A stretch of 37,766 nt of DNA from a virus. The stretch lies in the IMG/VR virus record IMGVR_UViG_3300009421_000002; one strand, written 5' to 3'. This document shows, in pieces, positions 16,120-25,555 of this stretch. Position numbers and translations under genes: made by a program. Each line of letters begins with the position of its first letter. Within the stretch, counting starts at the first letter, position 1. The notes under the pieces were generated by a model. It was given only the letters and a program-made list of their open reading frames with translations, did no database searches and was not told the origin of the DNA.

Positions 16120-18021
16120 ATGTTCAATTCGCTTTATGGCGAGCAGACAGACCAGGCGCTAAACGCCAAAGCGCAATATGGCATCAAGCCTGACGAGCCA
16201 GATCCCGGCATTCTGGCGGGCGTAGGGTCGGCTTTGATTCAGGGCCCTGTCTCGGGCGCACTGGAAACCGGGCGGGCAGCGGCTTACCTCGGGTCTATCT
16301 CGACGCCTGGGCTGGTCTACAAAGGATTGTCGTCGGGTGACTGGTCGCTGGATAACCTGCTTAAAGAGACTGAGGCGGGCAAGGCGCTGGGCGAGAAGTC
16401 CAAAAGCTTCGAGCCGGACGCCGACACCGCATCGCAGGCGGCGCATATCGTTCACGGGCTGACCAAGTTTGGCACTAAGGCGCTGGGCTATGCCATGACG
16501 ATGGGGCCAATGGGAGCGGTGGCGTTTGGTACTGACGAAGCGGTTAGTGAGGGGCTGAGGCTGACAGATCAAGGGGTGGACGGGGCAACGGCGGCTCAGG
16601 CTGGTCTGGTGCACGGGATTATGTCGGGTGTAGGGGTCGCCCTACCTGCCGCTGGGCAAACGCTGAAAGGCACGGCGGCGCTGGTTGGTGTGGGTGGCCC
16701 TGGATTCTTTGCCGGTGAGCAGCATGTGATGGGCCAGATCCTTGACGAAGCAGGCTATGCCGACATCGCCAAGCAGTACGATCCATTCGATATGACCGGA
16801 CTGATCGTGTCGGCGGCTGCGCCTGGGGTGTTTGGGGCTGCGGCTCATGCCATGCGAGCCAAGGCGAAAGGCAAAGCAGCGGCGCAAGCACAGACGGACC
16901 CAGATGTCAGTAACCCAGCGGCAGCCCGGACTGAGGCAAAGCCCGAAGCCGAGCCCGATCTATTGGCCCAAGCCAGCGAGGTCGATCTACCCCCGCGTGA
17001 GATTGTCGATGCCGTTCGCGTGCACAACCTCAAGTCTCACGAGTCATTCCACCCGCCCGAGCCCGGTAACGCTAAGGCTGCGGCGGACTTTGCAGCCCGT
17101 GTAAAGGCGGCCAGTGACCAGATGAGCGCGGGTGAAAAGCCGGTGAAGCTGGATCCGCCACGGGTCAAACCCTTGCCAAAGGTCATCAAGTCCGATGATT
17201 CGCCCAAGGCGGTCGACTTGCCCGGGCGGGATTCGGCTGGCGTACCCGTGGCCCAGACCGAGCAGGCCGCGCGCGAGCTTTACAAATGGCTGGGCGAATC
17301 GACATTCAAGACTGAGGACGGTGCCCCGCAAGTGCTGTATCAGGTGGCGCAGGCGGATGGCACGCCCGTATTTCGCACAGAAGCACCCGCCCGCAGGCCA
17401 GATCAGGCCACACAAAGCGATCAGGCGGCGACCGACCCAACACACCCACCGGCCACAAAAGCCGCTGAGGGAGCCGATTCTGGCGTCCTGGCTGCTGGTG
17501 ATGCGATGGAGCAGCCGGTTTACATCCGCGCAAACAGGGTTAATGGCACGCCCAGAACGCCGACGCCAGACACGCCGGCAGTCAGAAAGTCTCTTGCTGA
17601 TCGACAAATCGACGCGGCTTGGGTGCGTGGGCCAGACGGTCCTGAGCTTCGGGTAGCCAGATCCGACCAAGTTCGCGCAGCCGGGAACGATGCCGAGGGG
17701 CCGGACCTGGCCAGCCGCGCCAATGAGCCAGCGCCGCGAGCAGGCCCACAAGAGCGGCCCGATGCCAATGCCGAAGTGCAGCAGAGTGCAGCACCCCGAC
17801 AAGCCCCAGACACCCCAGATCAGGCGGACGAGTTTGCCGCGCAGACTGAGCTCATGGCAAACGATCTGATCGCGAGCTCACCCGAGCTCATGGTGGAGCT
17901 CGACGACGGCACCCGAATCACCGCAGCCCAAGCTCTGGCCGACGCAGGCGAAGCCATTGCCACGGCCAAAACCGAAAGCAAAGCCTTTGATGCTGCGGTG
18001 CAGTGTCTACTGAGGACGTAA
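16120..18021 (+). CDS. Internal virion/ejection protein, 633 aa, with glycine-zipper hydrophobic N-terminal third and a Pro/Ala/Asp/Gln-rich remainder
   Basis: GILAGVGSALIQGPVSGAL, GIMSGVGVALPAAG, ALVGVGGPGFFAG, LIVSAAAPGVFGAAA, followed by low-complexity sequence. Confidence 0.5.
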   Translation: MFNSLYGEQTDQALNAKAQYGIKPDEPDPGILAGVGSALIQGPVSGALETGRAAAYLGSISTPGLVYKGLSSGDWSLDNLLKETEAGKALGEKSKSFEPDADTASQAAHIVHGLTKFGTKALGYAMTMGPMGAVAFGTDEAVSEGLRLTDQGVDGATAAQAGLVHGIMSGVGVALPAAGQTLKGTAALVGVGGPGFFAGEQHVMGQILDEAGYADIAKQYDPFDMTGLIVSAAAPGVFGAAAHAMRAKAKGKAAAQAQTDPDVSNPAAARTEAKPEAEPDLLAQASEVDLPPREIVDAVRVHNLKSHESFHPPEPGNAKAAADFAARVKAASDQMSAGEKPVKLDPPRVKPLPKVIKSDDSPKAVDLPGRDSAGVPVAQTEQAARELYKWLGESTFKTEDGAPQVLYQVAQADGTPVFRTEAPARRPDQATQSDQAATDPTHPPATKAAEGADSGVLAAGDAMEQPVYIRANRVNGTPRTPTPDTPAVRKSLADRQIDAAWVRGPDGPELRVARSDQVRAAGNDAEGPDLASRANEPAPRAGPQERPDANAEVQQSAAPRQAPDTPDQADEFAAQTELMANDLIASSPELMVELDDGTRITAAQALADAGEAIATAKTESKAFDAAVQCLLRT

Positions 18022-20429
18022 TGAAAGCCCAATGCATTGATGAAGTCCAAAAGGCCATTGGCCGCAGCCTGAACCAAGCGGAGCGCACCGGGATCGAAGA
18101 TCGAATCTCCGGCCACATGAGACGCAATGCCTACAAGAATCGACAGCAATGGCAGCAGATGAGCCGCGACCAGCGATTGCATCAAGCCGCTAGTGATGCC
18201 GCTGCCGAGATCGAAGCAGAGGCAGCTAAGAAAAAGCAGAGGATAGCGTTACAGATTGTGGCTACAGGTCGGATTGTGACCGGGCTTCAAACTGCCAAAG
18301 CCACTGGTAAGCGGCAGGCCCTGGAATTGTTTGAGCATGTTGAGCGAATAGATTTAGATCGCAAAGGTATTGCACATCAATATTTTGGTGATTTGATTGA
18401 GGCGATGGAAGCTATTAATAGCCGATTGTTGGGCTTGATTGAAGATCCGCGCACAGCCCGCGCTGTTATCCAAGAAATATTTGGTGTAGACAGTGGCAGT
18501 TCGATAGCCAAACAAGCAGCCAAAAGCTGGCTTGATACAGTTGAAGCGATGCGGCAAAGATTTAACCAAGCGGGCGGTGAAATTGGAAAGCTAGGTTATG
18601 GGTATATTCCGCAGCCTCACAATGCCGTGACAATCATGAAAGCGGGCAAACAACAATGGTCTGACGAAACGCTGCCGTTATTAAATCGAAATCGTTACGT
18701 CCACGCCAATGGGAAAAAACTAAACGATGATGAGATTAAAGAATTTTTGGGGGCGGCGTGGGAAACGCTGGCAACCGATGGTGCTAATCAAATCCAGCCT
18801 GGACAAATTGGTAGATCAATGCTGGCCAAAGCCGACAGCGAACACCGCGAAATTCATTTCAACGGCCCGGATGAGTATCTTGCTTATATGCGTGCATATG
18901 GTCGATCAGGCGTACTAGGAACAATGCAAGCTCACGTAGGCGGGCTGGCCAAAAACATTAGCGCGGTAGAAAACTTTGGCCCCAATCCAGAAGCGGCATT
19001 TCGGGTGGCCTATGACACGATCAGAAAGCAAGCGCTGTCTACTCGGGTGGGGTTGAATGCAGTCGATGTGAAATCATCGTTTAACACTGTCATGAGCGCT
19101 TACGATCACCCGGCAAACGCCACCATCGCCAATGCAGTGCAAGGCGCACGTAACCTGCAAGTCGCCAGCAAACTCGGTGCCGCCGTCCTGTCATCAGTGA
19201 CGGACATCGGGACGATTGCGGTCACAGCCCGCTTTCACAAACTGCCCACGCTGCAACTGGTCAGCAATACCATCCGAGCCTTTGGTAAGGGCGATGCCGA
19301 GTTCGCCAACCGAGCGGGCTTGATTGCCGATAGCCTGATCAGTGATATGAATCGCTGGGCAGAAGGCAACATCGGGCCAGGGTGGACCAGCAAAGCAGCA
19401 CAGGCCACGATGAGACTGTCTCTGATGAACGCCTGGACGGACAGTCTGCGGCGCGGCTTTGGTATGACGATGATGGGCGCAATGGGCAAGATCACCCGCG
19501 AGGGATGGGATACCTTGGACGCTCAAACGCTCAAACGCATGAAGCGGGCCGGGATCAATGAGGACACCTGGCAGATCTTCCAGCAGGCCACACCCGAGCA
19601 GCACAACGGGTCGCAGATGTTGACCAAGCAGAGTATTGAAGCGCTGGACATTGACGACCGCGCAAAGAATCAAGCCATCACCCGGCTGCTCGCGTTCATC
19701 ACCGACGAGTCAGAATACGCGGTAGTCAATCCTGATCTTATGACACGCACGATTCAGCAGGGCGGCACGCAAAAGGGCACCGCAGCCGGTGAGATCTGGC
19801 GCAGTGCGATGCTGTTCAAATCGTTTCCAATTGCCATGATGTCGCGTCACTGGAATCGAATGCTCAACGATGAGACATTGGCCAGAGGCGGGCGCATGGA
19901 ATACGGCGCAATGATGCTGACGAGCTTGATGGTGCTGGGCTACGTGGCCATGAGCGCCAAAGACATCAGCAAAGGCAAAGACCCCAAAGACACCAGCGAT
20001 CCAGCAACCTGGGGCGCGGCGTTTATGCAGGGCGGCGGGCTGGGCATCCTCGGTGATTTTTTCCTGACCGACACCACGCGCTATGGCAATAGCATGCTAG
20101 CAACCCTGGCAGGCCCACTGGCCAGCACCGCCGAAGATGCGTTTCAACTGACCATCGGTAATGCGCATCAAGTGGCGCGGGGCAATGACCCGAAAGCCGG
20201 GGCCGAGGCGATCCGATTTCTCAAGTCGAATACGCCGCTGGCCAATCTTTGGTACTCACGCGCGGCGATGGATCGCCTGATGCTGCACAACCTTCAAGAA
20301 ATGGCCAGCCCCGGCTATTTGAGGCGCATGGAGCGACGCGCTAAGAAGGATGGCCAGGACTATTGGTGGCGTCCTGGGGAGTCGTCACCAGCCCGAGCGC
20401 CCGATTTTGCGGGGGTTGTGGGACAATAG
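18021..20429 (+). CDS. Internal virion/ejection protein, about 802 aa, with C-terminal hydrophobic segments
   Basis: TAATG overlap at 18019-18023. Largest protein of the core block (T7 gp16 position). AMMLTSLMVLGYVAMSA and GGGLGILGDFFL near the C-terminus. Confidence 0.5.
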   Translation: MKAQCIDEVQKAIGRSLNQAERTGIEDRISGHMRRNAYKNRQQWQQMSRDQRLHQAASDAAAEIEAEAAKKKQRIALQIVATGRIVTGLQTAKATGKRQALELFEHVERIDLDRKGIAHQYFGDLIEAMEAINSRLLGLIEDPRTARAVIQEIFGVDSGSSIAKQAAKSWLDTVEAMRQRFNQAGGEIGKLGYGYIPQPHNAVTIMKAGKQQWSDETLPLLNRNRYVHANGKKLNDDEIKEFLGAAWETLATDGANQIQPGQIGRSMLAKADSEHREIHFNGPDEYLAYMRAYGRSGVLGTMQAHVGGLAKNISAVENFGPNPEAAFRVAYDTIRKQALSTRVGLNAVDVKSSFNTVMSAYDHPANATIANAVQGARNLQVASKLGAAVLSSVTDIGTIAVTARFHKLPTLQLVSNTIRAFGKGDAEFANRAGLIADSLISDMNRWAEGNIGPGWTSKAAQATMRLSLMNAWTDSLRRGFGMTMMGAMGKITREGWDTLDAQTLKRMKRAGINEDTWQIFQQATPEQHNGSQMLTKQSIEALDIDDRAKNQAITRLLAFITDESEYAVVNPDLMTRTIQQGGTQKGTAAGEIWRSAMLFKSFPIAMMSRHWNRMLNDETLARGGRMEYGAMMLTSLMVLGYVAMSAKDISKGKDPKDTSDPATWGAAFMQGGGLGILGDFFLTDTTRYGNSMLATLAGPLASTAEDAFQLTIGNAHQVARGNDPKAGAEAIRFLKSNTPLANLWYSRAAMDRLMLHNLQEMASPGYLRRMERRAKKDGQDYWWRPGESSPARAPDFAGVVGQ

Positions 20430-20434
20430 CGCCC

Positions 20435-20800
20435 ATGCGGGCAGATCAATTTGAAAAATTAGTTGAGCTACAAGAGACCCTGATGGACGTTTTTCTGGCT
20501 GAGGTCAAGCCGGATGAATGGCCAGGGGCGGGGATTCACATTCGCGAAATGTCCGCGCCCCAGCGTGGTGATCGCCTCTGGTGTAAGAAGAACGCCAGCC
20601 ACACGCTGTCCCTTGTCACAAAACTCAGTCAGATCATCGTCACTGAACGTCGCGTAGTGGCGGGTGATCCAACGTTGCCGGACGACGATAGCATTCAATC
20701 AGAGGCCGACATTCAATCGACTGAGGACCGCATGATTGATGACTACGAGGCGTTAGCGACTGACACGATCAGACACCTTGTCAAGCGAAGCCGGGAGTAA
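20435..20800 (+). CDS. Candidate small terminase subunit
   Basis: 121 aa directly upstream of, and overlapping, the large terminase gene. Acidic C-terminal half. Called by position only. Confidence 0.35.
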   Translation: MRADQFEKLVELQETLMDVFLAEVKPDEWPGAGIHIREMSAPQRGDRLWCKKNASHTLSLVTKLSQIIVTERRVVAGDPTLPDDDSIQSEADIQSTEDRMIDDYEALATDTIRHLVKRSRE

Positions 20801-22439
20801 TCGCAGGCCGGTTTCGTTTCTGGCTTTCTATTTGCAGTGGGCCAAAATCCAGGGCTGGAAAGTTCCGGCTGTACACGTTGAGCTGTGCGTGTGGCTGGAA
20901 GAAAACCGACACGAACCGCTGCTACTGATTCAGATGTTTCGCGGATCTTCAAAGTCCACGACCGTCTCAATCTTTGAAGCCTGGGAGTTACGCGCAAACC
21001 ACCGCGAGGTAATGCAGATCTGGGGCGCTGACAAAACCGTTGCCGCCAAGATGAGTCGATACACGCGGCATGTGCTGGCGCGGCATCCGATGTGCGATGG
21101 CATGATTGATCCACGAGCGCCAAAGAATGCGTTCTTTGTAAATGGCCACACCGATGCGCGTAACCCGTCAATGGAAGCCATCGGGATTGATCAGAACGCC
21201 ACGGGCTCACGGTCAACCTGCACGATCTTTGATGACATCGAAGTACCAAAGAACATTCGCACCGAGGCCAAACGCGAAGGGCTGCGGGACAAGACGGCAG
21301 AGGCCATTCACATCCTTGTGCCCAAAGGACGGCGGCGCTACATCGGCACCCCGCACACGCACGACACCATCTATCAAGAGGTGGCCGACGAAGGCGCAAA
21401 GCAATTCATCCGCCCTTTGTTCAGCCATCACAAGCGATGCCGCGAATCGACGCACCTCAAGCGCTTCGCGTTTCCGTTCAAGCCGAATGCTGATGGCCTG
21501 TACGTGTTCATTGGCCACGGCAAGAAAGCGCGATTACTGATTGAGGGGCGCGACTACAAGCGCGTGGGTCAGGCGATTGAATTCGCTAAGCCGCCGATGG
21601 CAGAGATTGACATCTACGCGGGCAACATCTGGCCGGAGCGCTTCGACCGGGCTGACTTGTTGATTCGGCGCAAAGCCTGCCGCACGATCAACACGTGGGA
21701 CAGCCAATACCAGCTCAAGGCCAAAGCGATCACGGCCACCAGGCTCGACCCTGACCGCATGACTGTCTACGATGTTGAGCCCAACGTGGTCATTCGCAAC
21801 CGCACCCCCGTCATGATGCTGGGCAAGGCTCGCATTGCTGGATTCATGGCGTGGTGGGATGTGTCGCTGGGCAAGGTCAAGTCCGACGCTAGCGCTTTGT
21901 CAATTGTCTTAGCTGACTACGAAGGGCGGCTGTACTGGCATCGAGCCGTTGCATTGACGGGTGATCTGGAAGTGATCGACGAGCGCAACAAAAAGCTAGT
22001 TGACGGCCAGGTGTATCAACTGATCGAAACGCTGCGGCAATGCCATATCCATCATGTGCATATCGAAGTGAATGGGCCAGGTGGATTCGTCCCCGCTATT
22101 GCTCGCAAGCACTGCAAGCCGGTAGGCATTACGGTCGGGGAAAAGTTCAGCAGCACGAACAAGCAGGCGCGGATACTTGATGCTTTCGAGCCACCGCTAA
22201 AGTCTCGGTTCATCTGGTGCCATGAGTCGGTGAAAGAGTCGCCCGCCTACGAGCAGATGCGGGGGTTTGATCCTAAGCAACGGGATCAGCCTGATGATTA
22301 CCTTGACTCGGGGGCGGGGGCGATACTTGAAACGCCGATCAGGTTAGAGCGCATTGTTCAGACCGAAGTCGCGGCGGCGCAGATGGTGGTTAAGACGCAG
22401 AGAGGAAATCAGAATGCTAGTGTTCAGATGGACGATTAG
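20778..22439 (+). CDS. terL: Terminase large subunit
   Basis: Walker A-like FRGSSKST, Walker B-like CTIFDDIE, then a nuclease-type C-terminal half. 553 aa. The only canonical start upstream of the conserved N-terminal region is TTG 20778, with no obvious SD. Confidence 0.85.
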   Translation: MSSEAGSNRRPVSFLAFYLQWAKIQGWKVPAVHVELCVWLEENRHEPLLLIQMFRGSSKSTTVSIFEAWELRANHREVMQIWGADKTVAAKMSRYTRHVLARHPMCDGMIDPRAPKNAFFVNGHTDARNPSMEAIGIDQNATGSRSTCTIFDDIEVPKNIRTEAKREGLRDKTAEAIHILVPKGRRRYIGTPHTHDTIYQEVADEGAKQFIRPLFSHHKRCRESTHLKRFAFPFKPNADGLYVFIGHGKKARLLIEGRDYKRVGQAIEFAKPPMAEIDIYAGNIWPERFDRADLLIRRKACRTINTWDSQYQLKAKAITATRLDPDRMTVYDVEPNVVIRNRTPVMMLGKARIAGFMAWWDVSLGKVKSDASALSIVLADYEGRLYWHRAVALTGDLEVIDERNKKLVDGQVYQLIETLRQCHIHHVHIEVNGPGGFVPAIARKHCKPVGITVGEKFSSTNKQARILDAFEPPLKSRFIWCHESVKESPAYEQMRGFDPKQRDQPDDYLDSGAGAILETPIRLERIVQTEVAAAQMVVKTQRGNQNASVQMDD

Positions 22440-22698
22440 CGGGAATTAAAGCGCGGATAGATTTGGCGGCTGTATCAAGCCCTGAGTTGTGGCCTGCCGC
22501 CAAATTAATGCAATGAAGCGAATCGGGAATAATTTTTGATTCACATTCTTCTGCTGCTCGCTCAAACGCAAGACGAATCAACTCGGTTGAGAATGCCCAT
22601 CCCTCCGGAGTCGTGTCGTCAACGTCAATATCACCATAAGGTGAAATCGCTCCAACAGCTCGCGCGACAATGTCGTGAATTTCTTGTTCATCCATCAC
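22417..22698 (-). CDS. Hypothetical acidic protein, last gene of the leftward early operon
   Basis: ATGA overlap with the upstream lipoprotein gene. Its 3' end overlaps the terL 3' end by 23 bp. Confidence 0.5.
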   Translation of the reverse strand: MMDEQEIHDIVARAVGAISPYGDIDVDDTTPEGWAFSTELIRLAFERAAEECESKIIPDSLHCINLAAGHNSGLDTAAKSIRALIPANRPSEH

Positions 22699-23279
22699 CG
22701 ATTCCTTATCCCTTCAACATCATTAGCCGCAACACCACAGGCCACAAACAGATCGCGCTCGGAGCCATGAATAGCCCAGCCCACAATCTCGCCGTTCCTG
22801 TCGAGCGTCGTCCATGTTTGTTCGCTGCCTGACTCGTTCAACCACCACGAGTAGGTGACGCCAGACCCATGCAGTTCAATGATGGCAGTGGCCGGGTTAG
22901 TGTCATAGGTGAAGTCTGAGCCACCGATACCCAAGTCAAAGTTTGTCGTCTGCTGCTCGGCATAGACAATCAGAAAACGCGGCAATGAGCCGTTGTTTCC
23001 GCGAACGCAATCGAGCGTGGCCGACATATTGTCTACTAGCTGCGGGTACGTTGGCTCAGGCTCGGCAGGCGCGACGATCACGGGCTCAGGCGAACCAACC
23101 ACAGGGGCCGGTGCTGGCTGCTGGCGCTGCTCTGGTGCTGGCTGTGACGGCTGCGCCGGTTCTACTGCGGGTTGCTCGTCGCGCTGCGCTGAGTCGGTGG
23201 ATGTCGGGGCGACTGATTCGCCACCGCCACCGCAGGCGGCTAAGAGTAAGGCGAGAAGTAAAGGGGTAATGGTTTTCAT
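22695..23279 (-). CDS. Lipoprotein with a Pro/Gln/Ala-rich linker and a C-terminal globular domain
   Basis: Signal peptide MKTITPLLLALLLAAC with lipobox LAAC, followed by GGGG. SD and ATGA coupling present. Confidence 0.8.
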   Translation of the reverse strand: MKTITPLLLALLLAACGGGGESVAPTSTDSAQRDEQPAVEPAQPSQPAPEQRQQPAPAPVVGSPEPVIVAPAEPEPTYPQLVDNMSATLDCVRGNNGSLPRFLIVYAEQQTTNFDLGIGGSDFTYDTNPATAIIELHGSGVTYSWWLNESGSEQTWTTLDRNGEIVGWAIHGSERDLFVACGVAANDVEGIRNR

Positions 23280-23467
23280 GGTGACTCCGGCAAATCAATA
23301 GAAACAAGATCCTGAAGCTCGGCATTCATTGAAACGAATACGCGACCGTCTTTTGTGGTGAAGTTTGCGGCGGGCAAAAAATCAGCCAATAGCGCTTCAA
23401 TCTCCGCGCTGTTCAGGTGTGGCAATTGCTCTTGCGCGGTTCGCAATTCTTGGGGGGTTAGTCTCAT
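23276..23467 (-). CDS. Hypothetical protein, 63 aa
   Basis: ATGA overlaps at both ends within the operon. Confidence 0.5.
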   Translation of the reverse strand: MRLTPQELRTAQEQLPHLNSAEIEALLADFLPAANFTTKDGRVFVSMNAELQDLVSIDLPESP

Positions 23468-23613
23468 GATTGTTTGCCGTCTAACAATTCTTGCAAAATC
23501 ATGATTGCTTCATCAACTGCCTGCCGACTAACTTTGCAATAGGTGCCGTCCATGTCGGTTTGCTCTTGGTTTTTCAGGGCGTTTATCAAGTCTTGTGTGA
23601 CGTCAGGAATCAT
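23464..23613 (-). CDS. Hypothetical protein, 49 aa (shortened from the 70-aa ORF-track model)
   Basis: ATG 23613 preceded by GGAGattaaa. The upstream extension has no SD. Confidence 0.45.
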   Translation of the reverse strand: MIPDVTQDLINALKNQEQTDMDGTYCKVSRQAVDEAIMILQELLDGKQS

Positions 23614-23709
23614 TTTAATCTCCGGGTAAGTGCTAGCGATCACAACTAGCAACACGGTTTTCTGCACCCAACACATATTGGGTTTGTACCCTCCGCTCAG
23701 GCCGGAAAC

Positions 23710-24357
23710 TTATTGAAGCGGCGGCGTTGCGTCTTTAGCCGATGTTTTTTTGCCAAAGAATGGCACTACTTTTTTGTCGCTTGCTTTGGCGTCATCGTTC
23801 ACGCCATCCTCGTCAAACATATCTTTCTGCGCGGCTTCGACGGTGATGGTTGTTTCGCCACCACTCCAAATGCCGAGCAACTTTTGCGCGTCTTTCTTTT
23901 CAAACACTGACTGCACTCTAAACGTGATCACGCAATAGCCCGCGTCCTTTGGCTCGACTCTAAACTTGTTGACCTTCGCCGTAGAAAACTCTAACTGGCT
24001 TTCACGGCCCCACGGGAAAGTGACCAGCGCACCCTCAAGTTTTTTGGTCAACTCGATAGGCTTGGCAATCTCCCGATACCGCAGGCGGTCGAGTTTTTCC
24101 ATGCCCGCAAACTCTTTGACATCCTGATCCGCGTCGGGTTCCTGATCGGTGTACAGCATCGGGATCAACTCGGGATCGAATTTGCCAAGCAGCGCATTGC
24201 TGCCTTGAATCTCAATCGTAAGGTCACACGCGGGCTTTAATTCTTTTCCGTGCTTCTCGAAACGCAGATTACAATGCGTCACCTTGCAATTCTGTTGATC
24301 GTAGCCAAACGGTACGGGTTCGGCGGTCTTTTTCTTTGCGGGTTTCTTGCTGGCCAT
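23710..24357 (-). CDS. Hypothetical 215-aa protein with a basic N-terminal tail, two similar beta-rich halves and a mixed acidic/basic C-terminal tail
   Basis: Clean ORF directly downstream of the recombination genes. No family recognised. Confidence 0.55.
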   Translation of the reverse strand: MASKKPAKKKTAEPVPFGYDQQNCKVTHCNLRFEKHGKELKPACDLTIEIQGSNALLGKFDPELIPMLYTDQEPDADQDVKEFAGMEKLDRLRYREIAKPIELTKKLEGALVTFPWGRESQLEFSTAKVNKFRVEPKDAGYCVITFRVQSVFEKKDAQKLLGIWSGGETTITVEAAQKDMFDEDGVNDDAKASDKKVVPFFGKKTSAKDATPPLQ

Positions 24358-24363
24358 TTTGGG

Positions 24364-25467
24364 TTAGTCCTTTTGATGGGTTACGGTATCAATGATCGCT
24401 TGCGCGGCTGCTTTGATGGCATCGGCTGGCTTGCCGTCGATCACCATCACTGCCAGATCATAACCAGCCTCACCGACAGATGCTAACTTTTGCGCTCGTG
24501 CAAGTTCGGCCAGTCGTTTCTGTTCGGCCTTCATTCTGGCCTTCTCAGCCGCTGCTTCTGCTTTGGCCTGCTTGTCCCGTTCAGCTTGTGCTTCTGCTTC
24601 GTGCTTGGCAGCTTCGGCCCGATCAATTTCGGCTTGCCGTTCATCTTCCTGGCGCTGCTTCTCGGCTTCAATGGCTGCGCGTTCTTGCTCAAGTTTGGCG
24701 GCTTCGGCATCTTGCTTTGCTTGAACCTCGGCAGCAGCTTGCTCTGCGGCTTCCTTTTCGGCCTGGGCTTTGGCTTCCATCGCTTCAAACTTTGCCAGCA
24801 GCGCCTGTTTTTCTTCGGCATCTTTGGCGCGTTGGGCGTTCAGTGCTTCGCGTTCAAGCCTGACGGCTTCGGCGGCTTGCTCAGATTCGAGCGTACTGGC
24901 GTGCATTGTCTTTAGGCGATCAATAACAGAGTCCTGTACAGCTTTGGCCTTGTCTGCAAACTCATCGTAGCTATCACCCACGACCACGCCCGCGAGCTTG
25001 TCAATGGTTGACTGAATAGCATTAGAAGGTGCTCCGACCATTTGCTCTGCCAGTCCCCGCATAGACTCGATACGCCCTTCAATTTCTTTGACGCGCTCAA
25101 GTTCAGCGACGCGGGCGGCCTCACGTTCGCGGGCTTTGCGTTCTTCAACTGCTTTGATGTCAGCATCAACCGGCTTTTCAATGGCTTTGATAGCGTCGAT
25201 AAGTTTGGTGTAGTCCGCGTTGAGTGCATCAAGCGCTTGCTGGTGAGGGGCTTTCAGATCTTTGGAAGCTTTGCCTAGCGTTGTGCGCAGTGTCACGCAT
25301 TGCTTACGAAAAGCGCGAGCCTCTTTGTCGCCCTCGGTTGTATCGAGATCCCAATTAGCTGTCTTGACAATTTCGCGCAATGTAGACAGGCCCGCTTCGA
25401 TTGGGTTATAGCCTGCAATTTCGGTGATGCGTTCAACCTTTTCGACTTTGGTTTGTTCGACGCTCAT
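24364..25467 (-). CDS. DUF1351-like RecT-associated protein with a long charged A/E/K/Q coiled coil
   Basis: The N-terminal region (KEARAFRKQCVTLRTTLGKASKDLKAPHQQALDALNADY...) resembles DUF1351. Lies immediately downstream of recT. Confidence 0.45.
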   Translation of the reverse strand: MSVEQTKVEKVERITEIAGYNPIEAGLSTLREIVKTANWDLDTTEGDKEARAFRKQCVTLRTTLGKASKDLKAPHQQALDALNADYTKLIDAIKAIEKPVDADIKAVEERKAREREAARVAELERVKEIEGRIESMRGLAEQMVGAPSNAIQSTIDKLAGVVVGDSYDEFADKAKAVQDSVIDRLKTMHASTLESEQAAEAVRLEREALNAQRAKDAEEKQALLAKFEAMEAKAQAEKEAAEQAAAEVQAKQDAEAAKLEQERAAIEAEKQRQEDERQAEIDRAEAAKHEAEAQAERDKQAKAEAAAEKARMKAEQKRLAELARAQKLASVGEAGYDLAVMVIDGKPADAIKAAAQAIIDTVTHQKD

Positions 25468-25555
25468 TTGATCCTCTGTGGTTATAAGTTAATGGCCGGA
25501 TCGCACGGCCCTCTGGTTTCAGTCGTCGGAGTAGTCCTGCCAGATCAGGGGGTGG

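Noticed and set aside
23614-23709. Inverted repeat TGCTAG-N9-CTAGCA and a TTGCTA hexamer in the minus-strand gap, considered as an internal promoter.
   Set aside because: No acceptable -10 sits at proper spacing (TTACCC). It may be a minor RNA hairpin, but the evidence is insufficient.
24480-24970. Several + strand ORFs (24480-24863, 24490-24915, 24770-24970) and an alternative-frame minus ORF (24531-24821).
   Set aside because: They mirror the low-complexity A/E/K/Q coiled-coil coding repeat of the 367-aa minus-strand gene. Their Leu/Phe/Cys-rich repetitive products are frame artefacts.
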